Below, in pieces: positions 1-11,300 of a stretch of 64,000 bases of DNA (the first letter of the stretch is position 1; each line of letters begins with the position of its first letter). The stretch comes from Mobula hypostoma (lineage: Eukaryota): positions 44,022,001 through 44,086,000 of the forward strand of contig NC_086097.1 of assembly GCF_963921235.1 (NCBI RefSeq), written 5' to 3'. The notes below the pieces were generated by a model, which worked only from the letters and a program-made list of their open reading frames with translations, was not told the origin of the DNA and ran no database searches. The translations under genes were made by a program, and so were the position numbers.

Positions 1-304
1 CATGACCTTCCCTGGGTACAGCTCATTTAAAAGCTTCCTTGACAAGGCCAAATGAGGTAAAACAGAAAAGTTGGATTGCTGACAGCTTTTTTACGTGCTT
101 ATGAGTGATCTATGAGAACACAATATTGACATCAATGAGATTGTTTTATTGATTTTAAACTAAACGTGCTAAACATAGTAAACATCTCAATTGAAAAGAT
201 AGAAGGAAAAGGTATATGAAGAGCATACATCTTTATATCAAAAATATACATATTGTATTAAATTTTGACAAGTTGGGTTTCATGTTTTTGTTCTTCCTCC
301 TTCA

Positions 305-385
305 AAGGTAAGCGTTCGGCACGGACTAGAAGGGCCGTGATGGCCCGTTTCCGTTGCTGTAATTGTGATTATAGTTATATGGTTA
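305..385 (+). mobile_element. CR1 LINE 3' terminal stub
   Basis: GGCACGGACTAGAAGGGCC...GGCCCGTTTCC hairpin plus GGTTATAT-like tail; reverse complement of the CR1 tail at 32021-32080. Confidence 0.75.
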
Positions 386-409
386 AATAGGAGTGTGAAA
401 ACTTTTAGA

Positions 410-1240
410 GCCATAGAGTTATAAGTCTATACAGCACAGACGCTCTACAGCCCATTCCAGTTGTCTAACTGAGCTTTTCCTGTTGGTCTGTGTTTTGTCC
501 AATCCCTCCAAACCTTACCTACCATGTAATTTTCCAAACATCTTTTCAATGTTGTAATTGTACCCGCCTCTACTACTACATTTGGCAGCTCTTCCATACA
601 CTCACCACCATCTGTGTGAAAAACTACCCCTCAGATCCCATTTAAATTTTTTACCTTCTTACTTTTAGTTAGTTTTGGACTCTCTGGCCCTGAGAAAAGA
701 CCATAACTGTGAACTCATGTATTTATTAAGCTTTATAAGCTCCCCACTCAATTTCTGATGCTCCAGAAGAAAAAGAGTCCTCACCTCTCCAGCCTGTTCT
801 TATAACTGAAGTCCTCCAATCCTGATAGTATTCTCGTAATCGTTTTTGGTTGCCACTAGTTTAATGACATCCTTCTTAAGGCAATCTGACAAAAAATGCA
901 TGAATTTCTCCAATATGATCTTTCCAATGTATTGTTTAGCTGTATTATGACATGCCAACTCCTATCTTCAATATTCTGACCGATTAAGGCTAGAACATCA
1001 CCACCCTTTTGAACTGTGGAACAATTTTCAAGGAGCTAGGTACTTCCACTCCTAGATCCCTCTGCTCAGCAACACTTCCAGTTTTCTACCAGTTACTGTG
1101 CAAGCCCTGCCCTGGTTTGTCTTAATAAAATGCAATACCTTGCATTTATCTCAATCAAGATCCACTTGCCAATTCTTGGCCCACTGACCCAATTGATCAA
1201 GACCCCTTTGTAATCTCAGATAACCTTCTTCACTGTCCGC
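410..1240 (-). mobile_element. Old degenerate CR1 LINE, 3' portion
   Basis: Colinear similarity to the minus-strand CR1 3' ends elsewhere in the window (e.g. 18817-19700); no intact ORF. Confidence 0.7.
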
Positions 1241-1329
1241 TATATTTTAAAAAGCTTACTTTGCACTGCAGTACAAGCTTGATAAGGCTCACTATTTTAG
1301 ATATTGTATCCTGGCTCTATCATTTGCAT

Positions 1330-3895
1330 GTCCTTCCTGGCTGTGAGACTATCCGAAAGGATAGACAAATGGTAGGGCAAAATTACAGTCTGTGAGATGA
1401 GTTGCTGTGTAACACGGGGACAAAATCAAAAAGAGTGTCAAATACGGGACTGAAGGTGTTATATCTGAATGCAGGTTGTATTCAGAATAAGGTAGATGTT
1501 CTTGTACCACAGTTAGAGATTGGTAGGTATGATGCTGTGGGCATCACTGAGTTGTGGCTGAATGAAGATAATAGTTGGGAGCATAACATCCAAGGATAAA
1601 CATTGTAGCAAAAGGACGTTTGTGGAATGCCTATGAGATGGCTTTTTAGAGCAGCTTATTAAGTCCACTGGGAGGAAGGCTATTCTGGATTGAGTGTTGT
1701 GTAATGAATCAAATTTTATTAGGGACCTTAAGGTAAAGGAATCTTTAAGAGGCAGTGATCATAATATGATAGACTTCAACCTGTAATTTGAGAGAGAGAA
1801 GCTGAAGTCAGATGTGTCAGTATTACAGTGGGGAGAGGAGTTGGCCAAAGTTGACAGGATGGGAACACTGGCAGGGATGATGACAGAACAGTAACGGCTG
1901 GAGTTTCTGGAAGATATTTGGAAGGTGTAGGATTGACACATCGCAATGAAGGAAAGTATTGGGAAGGCAAGATGAAGTAACTGTGGCTGACAGGGGAAGT
2001 CAAAGCAACACAAAAGCAAAAGAGAGGCACATAATAGAGCAAAAATTATTGGGAAGTGGGGGGACTGGGAAGCTTTTAAACATCAACAGAAAGCAAGTTA
2101 AAAAGCCATAAGGACAGAAGAGATCAAATATGAAGGTAGGATACCCAATAATATCAAAGAGCATGCCAAATTTTTATTCATAGTCATACTTTATTGATCC
2201 CGGGGGAAATTAGTTAAATATAAATTGGTTAAAAATTGGTCAGGGTCAGGTATATAAAGAGTAAAATTGAGGTGAGAGTAGGTGTCAGACTGTTAGATAA
2301 TGATACTGGAGAGGTAATAATGGGGGACAAAGCAATGGCAGATGAGTTAAATAAGTACTTTACATCCGTTTTCACTGTGGAAGACACTAGCAGTAAGCTG
2401 GAAGTTCGAGAGTGTTAGAGGACAGAAGTGAGTGCACTTGGGAGAAGGTGCTTGGGAAGCTAAAAGGTCTGAAGTTGGACAGGTCACCTGGACCAGATGG
2501 ACTACATTCTGAAAGAGGTAGCTGGGGAGATTGTGGAAGCAATGGTTATGATCTTTCAAGAATCCAGGCATGGTTCTGGAAGAGGGTAAAATTGCACTTT
2601 TCAAGAAGGAAGTGAGGCAGAAGAAAGGAAATTATAGGTCAGTCAGCCTGACATCGGTGGTTGGGAAGATGTTGGAGTTGATTGTTAAGCATGAAGTCTG
2701 AGGGTACTTGGAGATGCACGATAAAATAGGCCAAAATCAGACTGGTTTCCTGAAGGGAAATTTTGCCTGACAATTCTGTTAGAATTCTTTGAGGAAATAA
2801 CAAGCAGGACAGACAAAAGATAATCAGTTGATGTTGTGTACTTGGATTTTCAGAAGGCCTTTGACAAGGTGCTGTACATGAGGCTGCTTAACAAGATAAG
2901 AACTCATGGTATTACAGGAAATTTATTATCATGGATAGAGCATTGGCTGATTGGCAGGAGGCAAAGAGTAGGAGTAAAGGGAGCCTTTTCTGGTTCATTT
3001 CTGGCGACTGGTGGTGTTCTGCAGGGGTTGGTGTTGGGACCACTTCTTTTAAATTTATATGTCAATAATTTGGATGAAGGAATTGATGGCTTTGTGGCCA
3101 ATTTTGCAGATGATACGAAGGCAGGTGGAGGGGCAGTAGTGTTGAAGAAGCAGAGAGGCTACAGAAGGACTTAATCAGATTAGGAGAATGGACAAAGAGG
3201 TAGCAATGGAATACAGCGGAGGTTAGCATTCAGTCATGCACTTTGGTAGAAGAAACAGAAGTATAGACTATTTTCTAAACAGACAGAAAATTCAAAAAAT
3301 CTGTAGTGCGAAGAGACTTGGGAGTCCTTGTGCAGGATTCCCTGAAGGTTAATTTGCAGGTTGAGTCGGTGATGAGGAAAGCAAATGTAATGTTAGCATT
3401 CATTTCAAGAGGACTAGAATATAAAAGCAAGGATATAATTATGATGCTTTATAAAGCACTGGTGAGGCCCTCACTTGGAACTTCGTGAGCAATTTTGGGC
3501 CCATTATCTAAGAAAGGATGTGCTGCCATTGGAGTTGGTTCATAAGAATGATTCCAGGAATGAAAGGATTATTGTATGAACAGTGTTTGATGGTTCTGGG
3601 CCTGTAGTTGCTGGAATTTAAAAGAATGAGGGTAGATCTCATTGAAACCTATTCAATGTTGAAAGACCTGTATAGGGTGTATGTGGACAGGATCTTTCCT
3701 ATAGTGGCTAGGACCAGAGGGCACAGCCTCAGAATAGAGGACGTCCATTTTGAATGTAGCTGAGGAGGAATTTCTTCAGCCAGAGGGTGATGAATCTGTG
3801 GAATTTGTTGCCATATGTGGTTATTGAGGTGAAGTCATTGGGTGTATTTATGGCAGAGACTGATAGGTTCTTGAAGGTTGGTGAAGGAGGTAGGG
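1330..3895 (+). mobile_element. CR1 LINE ORF2 remnant (APE endonuclease + reverse transcriptase), frameshifted
   Basis: LKVLYLNA..IQNK..GITELWL (endonuclease start, 1402-1599); [25 protein letters not shown] (2836-3174); RDLGVLV..LVRP. Confidence 0.92.
2179..2247 (-). mobile_element. Ultra-short Rex1/Babar 3' stub inserted in CR1
   Basis: Reverse complement AATTTCCCCCGGGATCAATAAAGTATGACTA matches the Rex1 tail at 7914-7954; followed by filler sequence. Confidence 0.75.
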
Positions 3896-3899
3896 AGGG

Positions 3900-4408
3900 G
3901 CAATACTGGAAGTTCAAGAAATATAGGGAATATAGGGTGTTGCTCCTCTAACCTGAGTGTGGCCTCATCACAACAGTAGAGGAGGTATTGATGTCTCGAA
4001 CATATGGTAATGCTCTCCCCCGCCATTATCCATTCCCTTTTCCCTCTCTCACCTTATCTCTTTACCTGCTCATCACCTCCCTCTGATGGTCCTCCACCTT
4101 TTCTTTCTTCCACGGCCTTCTGTCCTCTCCTATCAGATTCCCCCTTCTCCAGCCCTGTATTTCTTTAACCAATCAACTTCCCAGCTCTTTGCTTCACCCC
4201 TCCCCCTCCCAGTTTCACCTATCACCTTGTGTTTCTTCCTTCCCACCCCACACTTTCCAACTCTGACTCATCATTTTTCTCCAGTCCTGATGTTTCTCCA
4301 GCCCGAAACATCAACTGTTTACTCTTCTCCATAGGTGCAGCCTGCTGAGTTCCTCCAGCATTTTGTGTATGTTGCTTGGATTTTCAGCATCTGCAGATTT
4401 TCTTCTGC
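3900..4408 (+). mobile_element. Penelope-like element fragment with inverted GIY-YIG segment
   Basis: Minus-strand DEATLRLEEQHPIF (about 3925-3990) abuts a plus-strand pyrimidine tract and tail CCTGCTGAGTTCCTCCAGC, shared with 37857-38736. Confidence 0.8.
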
Positions 4409-4409
4409 T

Positions 4410-4716
4410 TACGATACAACCTTGAGAATCATCTCCTAAAAGGCAGGCATGAGACAAAGAAACCCAAAATCAAACCCCATATATATGAAAAAAGACTGTC
4501 TAACACCCAATGTGCAGTGAAAGAAGAAACATCATGCAAAAGTGACCACAAACAAATAGTACTTCTGAATTGAAGTCTGCAAGAGAGTCCCATAGTTCAG
4601 TGCAGAGCTGACTAAACATCGTGGAGCAGCCATCTTAATCGGCCCGTACCTTGCCTTGGGTCCTGACACCTTGAGCTTTTCAATCTGGCCTGGCCCTTAA
4701 CTCTCCATCCGAACAT
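4410..4716 (-). mobile_element. Non-autonomous non-coding retroposon fragment (same family as 46566-47018)
   Basis: Shared blocks ATACAACCTTGAGA, AACACC..ATGTGCA, ATCATGCAAA, CCTTGCCTTGG.TCC.GACACC with 46566-47018. Confidence 0.65.
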
Positions 4717-4785
4717 TGGGTCTTATGGTCTTATCATCTTTATGGTCTAAAAGATCATAATATCGCTTATGGTTTTATGGTCTTT
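4717..4785 (+). repeat. (TATGGTCT)n CR1-type tail repeat
   Basis: Imperfect TCTTATGG repeats like the CR1 tails near 16150 and (reverse) at 34043 and 40270. Confidence 0.55.
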
Positions 4786-6809
4786 TGTGTGATGTTTTAT
4801 TTGGTGGACTGTAACACCAGAGTACAGCATATTCAGGCTAGCACACAGCCATCAGAAGGATTCAAGTGCTATGAATTATTTAGGACACTGAAATTAATTT
4901 TGACTTCATGCCACAATGCAAAATGCACAATGAAAGTGCAGTCATCCATTAAATACTCACGATTTTTACTTTCATTTAAGCCAGTTTCTCATTCAGACTC
5001 ATGGTTTGTTTGTTTTTATTTGATGACTTTTTTGTTTCAAATTTACTTTTCACAAATAAGATTATTTTCGACAGATGGCATCTGCTAACTATATTGCATA
5101 CCTTGAGGAAATCGGCCAGGCTCTTCGGAGAGAAAAATGAATTTAGTTTAACAGCTTATGGAAGTAAAAATGGCTACTTTTGGATAAAGTGGAGAGATTA
5201 TATTTTTGCCACAGGAATGGAATAAAGTACAACAGACTTCCTGCTCTGAATGGCACAACTCATAAAAGTGAGTAATGCCTTCCACCCCCACTTCTCTGTC
5301 AAATTGCCTGATGTGCCACTGTACAGAGAGTGCCAAAGAATCTCAGAAGCATATTAAGAGAACAAGATTCACAAGAAGTACAATATTTAATCAATGATGG
5401 TTATGTGGATATTTGGGCTCCCGGTTAGCAGTGAACAGGAAGAATTTCCATTCAATAAATATGCAGATTGCACATATGACTATTGGAATTGTACCAGATA
5501 GGTGCATGATAAATAAATTGCAAGCTGCCCGGAGTCATTTTCCTACACCACTCTACTGCCCTAAAATTGTTTCCGAGCATTTCCACTGCAAATATCAAGT
5601 ACATGCTCTGTGGGCCCTTCCCTAGAAATGATGACATTAGTATGGACTCCTAGAACAAGAGCTCCTCTGCCAGCAGCCATATCGCACTATTAGTTTGCTC
5701 AAACAAATATTGCACTGTCTGATAGGTCCAGGGAAAACCACAAAAATAGAGTTGTGTGAAACAGGCAATGTAATTTTTCTGCCAAGAGCAAACCATAAGA
5801 TAGGAACAGGAATGGGTCACATGAAAGCCAAAGTGGATGGAAATATTGAGGCAGATCCTGCAGGTTTTCCAGATCCACTTGAGAAGCAACATATCCAGGA
5901 ACTCTGCCAAGGATTATTTAAGAGCATTTCATCAACCCTTAAAAGTTCTTTCCTGCATCAAGTTTCACATAGGCATGCAGCTTATATATATATATATAAA
6001 AATAAAACCCACCACAAAACATATCGTCACATGTCAAGCAAAAATGTTAATATTTTAAATTGATTTGCTTTTCTGTAGAAAGTGGAGCAGGCTTTGCTGA
6101 CAAGCAGAAAAGCCCAGACCAAGACCACATTCAGATTTGATGATAAGTGACAAAGCAAACTGGTGCCATGAGAAAACCTGGCAATGAACAGCTCCCTTGC
6201 CACTAAACGCTATTACTGTCAAGTTAACAATCATCCACTCCCCGGGGTCTCATTTGACCAGAATCTTAACTGAGCGATTTACACGAACACTGTGGTTACA
6301 AGAGCAGGTCAGCAACTCTCTCCTTTTACTGCTCAAGTGCAATCCAAATTTTACAAGACATTTCACAAGAGAGTGCATATTTCTGGCACACTTTTGGTGT
6401 TGCTGCAAATGTTCTCACTTAGGCTGGAGAACTTAAGGTGACCCCGACATTACAGAGGTTTGTGTAGATAATAGTCCATATCATGATTTGGATTATCATT
6501 TGCAGATGTGTTAAGATATAAGAGTTGAAAAAACTTAATTTTGTGTTAATTTGTTTACCCTTTTCACTTAATTTCCATGAGATTGCATTTTAGTCCGTAT
6601 CTCAAAGTTTTGGATGGTAGTGAATTCCATAAGGACAAATTTCCATGGACAGAAAAGCAAGAATATGAGGTCTATTGTAGCAATAGAACATCTCATTATT
6701 ATTCTCAGACTACACGGCAACGCACTTGTGTAACACTGTACAGAGTAATACCACGTGGTACACTCAGTTCTTAAAGGTATACACAGTCCGATGTGTCTCA
6801 ATTCCCCCT

Positions 6810-8122
6810 TTAAAAAGTGGTAAATCTATACAAACACTCAACTGGATCCTTGGCTTCCTGACCAACAGACCACAATCAGTAAGAATAGGAAACAGCACCT
6901 CGACCATGATTATTCTAAACACTGGGTCTCCACAAACTTGCATCCCTAGCCCCCTACTCGACTTCCAGTGCACTCATGACTGTATGGCCAGATTCTGCTC
7001 CAGCCCCATCTACTAGGTTACAGATGATACCACTGCTGTGGGCCATATTTCAGATAGCAATCGATAAGAGAACAGTTAGGACATGGAGAGCTAATGTCAT
7101 CACAACAACATTTTCCTTAATGTCAATAAAACAAAAGAGCTGGTGATTGACCGCAGAAAGGTGTGGGGGAGGGAGTGCATGTGCTCCTGCTGTTGAGGCT
7201 GACAGGGTTGAGAGCCTCTAGTTCCTGGATGTGAAGATCACCTGGTCCAATCACGTTGATGCCGCAGCCAAGAGATCTCACCAATACCTCTGCTTCCCCT
7301 GGAGGCTAAAGAAATTCGACATGTCCCCGTTGAATCGGGACTGGTCAAAGAACACTGAGGTTGTCTACAAGAAGGGTCAGAGCCGTCTCTATTTCCTGAG
7401 GAGACTGAGGTCCTTTAACATCTGCCGGACGATGCTGAGGATGTTCTACGAGTCTGTGGTGGCCAGTGCTATCATGTTTGCTGTTGTGTGCTGGGGCAGC
7501 AGGCTGAGGGTAGCAGACACCAACAGAATCAACTAACTCATTTGTAAGGCCAGTGATGTTGTGGGGATGGAACTGGACTCTCTCACGGTGGTGTCTGAAA
7601 AGAGGATGCTGTCTAAGTTGCATGCCATCTTGGTCAATGTCTCCCATCCACTACATAATGTACTGGGTGGGCACAGGAGTACATTCAGCCGGAGACTCAT
7701 TCCACCGAGATGTAACACAGAGCGTCATAGGAAGTCATTCCTGCCTGTGGCCATCAAACTTTACAACTCCTCCCTTGGAGGGTCAGACACCCTGAGCCAA
7801 TAGGCTGGTCCTGGACTTATTTCATAATTTACTGGCATAATTTACATATTACTATTTAACTATTTATGGTTCTATTACTATTTATTATTTATGGAGCAAC
7901 TGTAACGAAAACCAATTTCCCCCAGGATTAATAAAGTATGACTATGACTATGACAATTTTTACTGAGGCGCCATGGAAAGCAATCTGTCCAGATAGATAA
8001 CAGCTTGTTATGGTAACTACTCCGCACGTGACTGCAAGAAACAGCAGAGATTTGTGGACACAGCTCAGCACATCACAAGCTCTTCACCGCATCTTGATAC
8101 ATGTGACAATAACAAATCAATT
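6810..8122 (+). mobile_element. Old Rex1/Babar LINE fragment split by a younger Rex1
   Basis: NWILGFLTNRPQSVRIG..LNTGSPQTCIPSPLL RT motifs; resumes at 7955 and ends with ATGTGACAATAAC tail. Confidence 0.85.
7334..7954 (+). mobile_element. Younger Rex1/Babar LINE, 5'-truncated
   Basis: DWSKNT..KKGQSRLYFLRRLRSF..CWG and RHRKSFLPVAIKLYN; polyA-signal AATAAA plus (TATGAC)n tail. Confidence 0.92.
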
Positions 8123-8224
8123 AAAGTTGCCAGAAACAAAGTACAAAGCCTGAGCACTGGGGGTGCTTTAGAATTGGCAAAGAATTACTTTATGTAAATT
8201 CCAGTGAATATATGTCAGAGTAAA

Positions 8225-9470
8225 TTCATAGAACAACTCCTGATCATAAAGATCTATCTAATGAATCTATATAGAACTGACATCAAGGCAAATTTGTCCT
8301 TCTACAGGTATAGATGCTCAAACTCTGGTCAGACCCCACTTGGAGTACTGTGCTCAGTTCTGGTCACCTCACTACAGGAAGGATGTGGAAACCATAGAAA
8401 TGGTGCAGAGGAGATTTACAAGGATGCTGCCTGGATTGGGGAGCATGCCTTATGAGAATAGGTTGAGTGAACTCGGCCTTTTCTCCTTGGAGCGACGGAG
8501 GATGAGAGGTGACCTGATAGAGGTGTATAAGATGATGAGAGTGGATAGTCAGAGGCTTTTTCCCAGGGCTGAAATGGTTGCCACAAGAGGACACAGGTTT
8601 AAGGTGCTGGGGAGTAGGTACAGTGGAGATGTCAGGGGTAAGTTTTTTATGCAGAGTGTGGTGAGTGCGTGGAATGGGCTACCAGCAACGGTGGTGGAAG
8701 CGGATACGATAGGGTCTTTTAAGAGACCTTTGGATAGGTACATGGAGCTTAGAAAAATAGAGGGCTATGGGTAAGTCTAGTAATTTCTAAGGTAGGGACA
8801 TATTTAGCACAACTTTGTGGGCCGAAGGGCCTGTATTGTGCTGTAGGTTTTCTATGTTTCTATGTTTCTGTTTCTAACTCCACATACACTCCAAATGACA
8901 AGTCACTATGTCCTGCACAATTTCAACAAGACTTCCTTTTATTCTCTAATTCTTTTGAGATAAGGATCAATAAAACAGTTCCTTCCTAAATGTCCATACT
9001 TTTATTTTTTATCTTCTAAACTAGCCCACCAGCTACTGTATGTACCCCAACATTTATCAGTTCCAAAATGTTTATAATATTTTGTGTTTTTCATTCTCAG
9101 TAGTAAAATGCACTAACTTCATATTAGCCCTCAGTATATTCTATTTGTGCCCCTTTGCTTAATCTGTCGATAACTCTTTGTAAAATCTTTTCTCTGGCAT
9201 CATAGTTCAACTTCACTAGTAACTTTTCATTATAAGCAAGTTTGATACATCAGACTCTTTCTTTTCATGTCACTTATGTAATCTGTGAGTTGTTGATAAC
9301 CTGGGACTGATATGTGTGGCACTCCATGAGTAACACTCTGCTCATTTACTTCTCTGCTTTCTGGCCTTCAATCAATCCATAATCGATTGTAAGGTGTTAT
9401 CTCTAATCCCTTGATCTCTATTATATATTATGGTTCCTCGTCAAATCCGTTCTGAGAGTCCTGACATATC
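8225..9470 (-). mobile_element. Very old CR1 fragment split by insertion at 8326-8875
   Basis: Degenerate similarity to minus-strand CR1 copies; contiguity restored across the AACTC duplication. Confidence 0.55.
8326..8875 (+). mobile_element. CR1 LINE 3' fragment (relatively young)
   Basis: ORF 8340-8774 LEYCAQFWSP..RRRMRGDLIEVYK..TRGH..WNGLP; (TTCTATGT)n tail; AACTC at 8321-8325 and 8876-8880. Confidence 0.92.
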
Positions 9471-10419
9471 CAGTGGCCTTGATAGGTCTAAATCTTGGAA
9501 TTTCCTATCCAACAATACCATTGCAAGTGGAAGAGAAGTAGTTCAAGCAACTTGCCATCTCCACCTCAACCTAGCATCACATCAATTAATCTTCAATTGA
9601 TTTAAGTGTAGGTTCCCAATCATTGCCAAAGCCAAATTTAAAAGCGCAGCCATACTGTTCTTTAATATTGTGCCAAAAAAATGAGATGGAAGAATTTCTG
9701 GAATAATACTGGATTAAAGTTGTCCTGATGTTACATGAATAGAAGTTAAAATTTTCACTGATTTATTGATTAAACCAGGTACAAAGGGAAATATTGTTCA
9801 CGTTCTAATCAATTTGGGCAAGATCCAAGCAGTTGCTTGGACAGAGATTCCAACAGAACTCACTGCAGTTTAAGGTATCTTCTAGAATAAATACAAGTTA
9901 CACAAACCATCAATTTTGTGCAAAGGTCATGGCTTTATTAAATAAATGCAATATACCTTGTAATAAACAACAAGTGACTAACCTCTCAGTCTTCAACCCC
10001 TGGCATAAGAGAGAACATTTTGCCCCATCCAACACAAGTTAATGTTTGTGTAGTTTTTAACCCCTTTACTCTTTGTGAGCTTTAAACTCTTTGATGTATG
10101 CCTAAACTTCCAGTAAAGTCATTTTACTAGAAACACTCTATATTTACTCGATTTCGTACAATTAATTTATATTCTCCTTTAACCTGCAACATAAATGATG
10201 TGCTTCAGTTTTGAAATAACCTAATTTCTTTTCAGGACTACTGGAATAGTGTTCATTTAATCTTCAATATCACATATCTACCGTTACTAATTTCTGAAAT
10301 GACATGGGAAAATCTATGAAAAGTACAGGGTAATTACCACCAGAAGGAAATAACATGCGATACAAAAGTGATACTTCTGTGGTTCCTAAGGTTGATATAG
10401 CCGGGGGGAGGGGGCGGGG

Positions 10420-10955
10420 AGGGGTAATGGAGATAAGCTCCCACTACTTATTGGTGTGCGCCTCAGGTAGCCTCTGACGACCAAGTCCTGCTCCTGGTTT
10501 TCACGTGTGGCTTAGCTACTGACCCTGGCGGAACCATTTCTACTGACGTGAGAAGGGGTAAAGGCGGGTTGCTGGTGCCTTAAAACTGTTCACTTCAGGC
10601 AGATGGGGCTTGTCAGCCACGGTTGGCAGCTCTTCTAGCAGAAGGAAAACTCTGATCTCAAACCTCCGCTGCCTTGCGGCTATACCCACTCATGGGGAAG
10701 GCTTCAGGAGTAAACCCCAAGGGAAGATCCAGAGCGGGAGTCCCTAAAGGAGTCCTACATTGTTCAATGTTGACTGGCAACTCCTGCGATGCTGCTGGTA
10801 CCAAACTGTATCAGTCTCTGCCGTTCTGCCATTCCTTTGGGTTTATTAGATGCTTGGAGAGGGGGAGCTTGCTCCCCATATTGTACTGCCCTGGCTTGCG
10901 TATCTAGACAGCTAGGATGCAATAACATGGTCAACTCAGACCGACAGAGGCCTCA
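10420..10955 (+). mobile_element. Probable non-autonomous RTE-5'UTR-derived element
   Basis: GC-richer block with GAAGGAAAACTCTGATCTCAAACC, which I recall as typical of RTE-clade 5'UTRs; no coding motifs; no TSD seen. Confidence 0.5.
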
Positions 10956-11300
10956 GAACTTCTCTGACCTGACCATTCCCAGCAAATTATTTAATACCTT
11001 TTTCTTCTCTTTCTCAGTTCACACATTAAGTAACATCTCTACAAATGATAGCTAAAGCAGGCAACTTGTCGCTGTATTTACATATCTAATAGATTTTTAT
11101 GTTACATAGTTTCAATTTATCCTACTCCTTGTGTGTGACACATGGAAGGAAAGGGATAATACTATTGTCAATCACTGAATTCCAAACCTGAATGCTATTT
11201 ATTGACTTTATCCACCTTCTGTTCTATAATTCCAATCAAATTTATCTCCAAGATCCTAGATCTTGAAGTTTACACCTCCCTCTGCAAATGGATCATTGAC

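Noticed and set aside
5695..6063. 122-aa protein-coding ORF
   Set aside because: Non-ATG start, runs through an (AT)n tract, and has no recognisable domain or clear splice sites.
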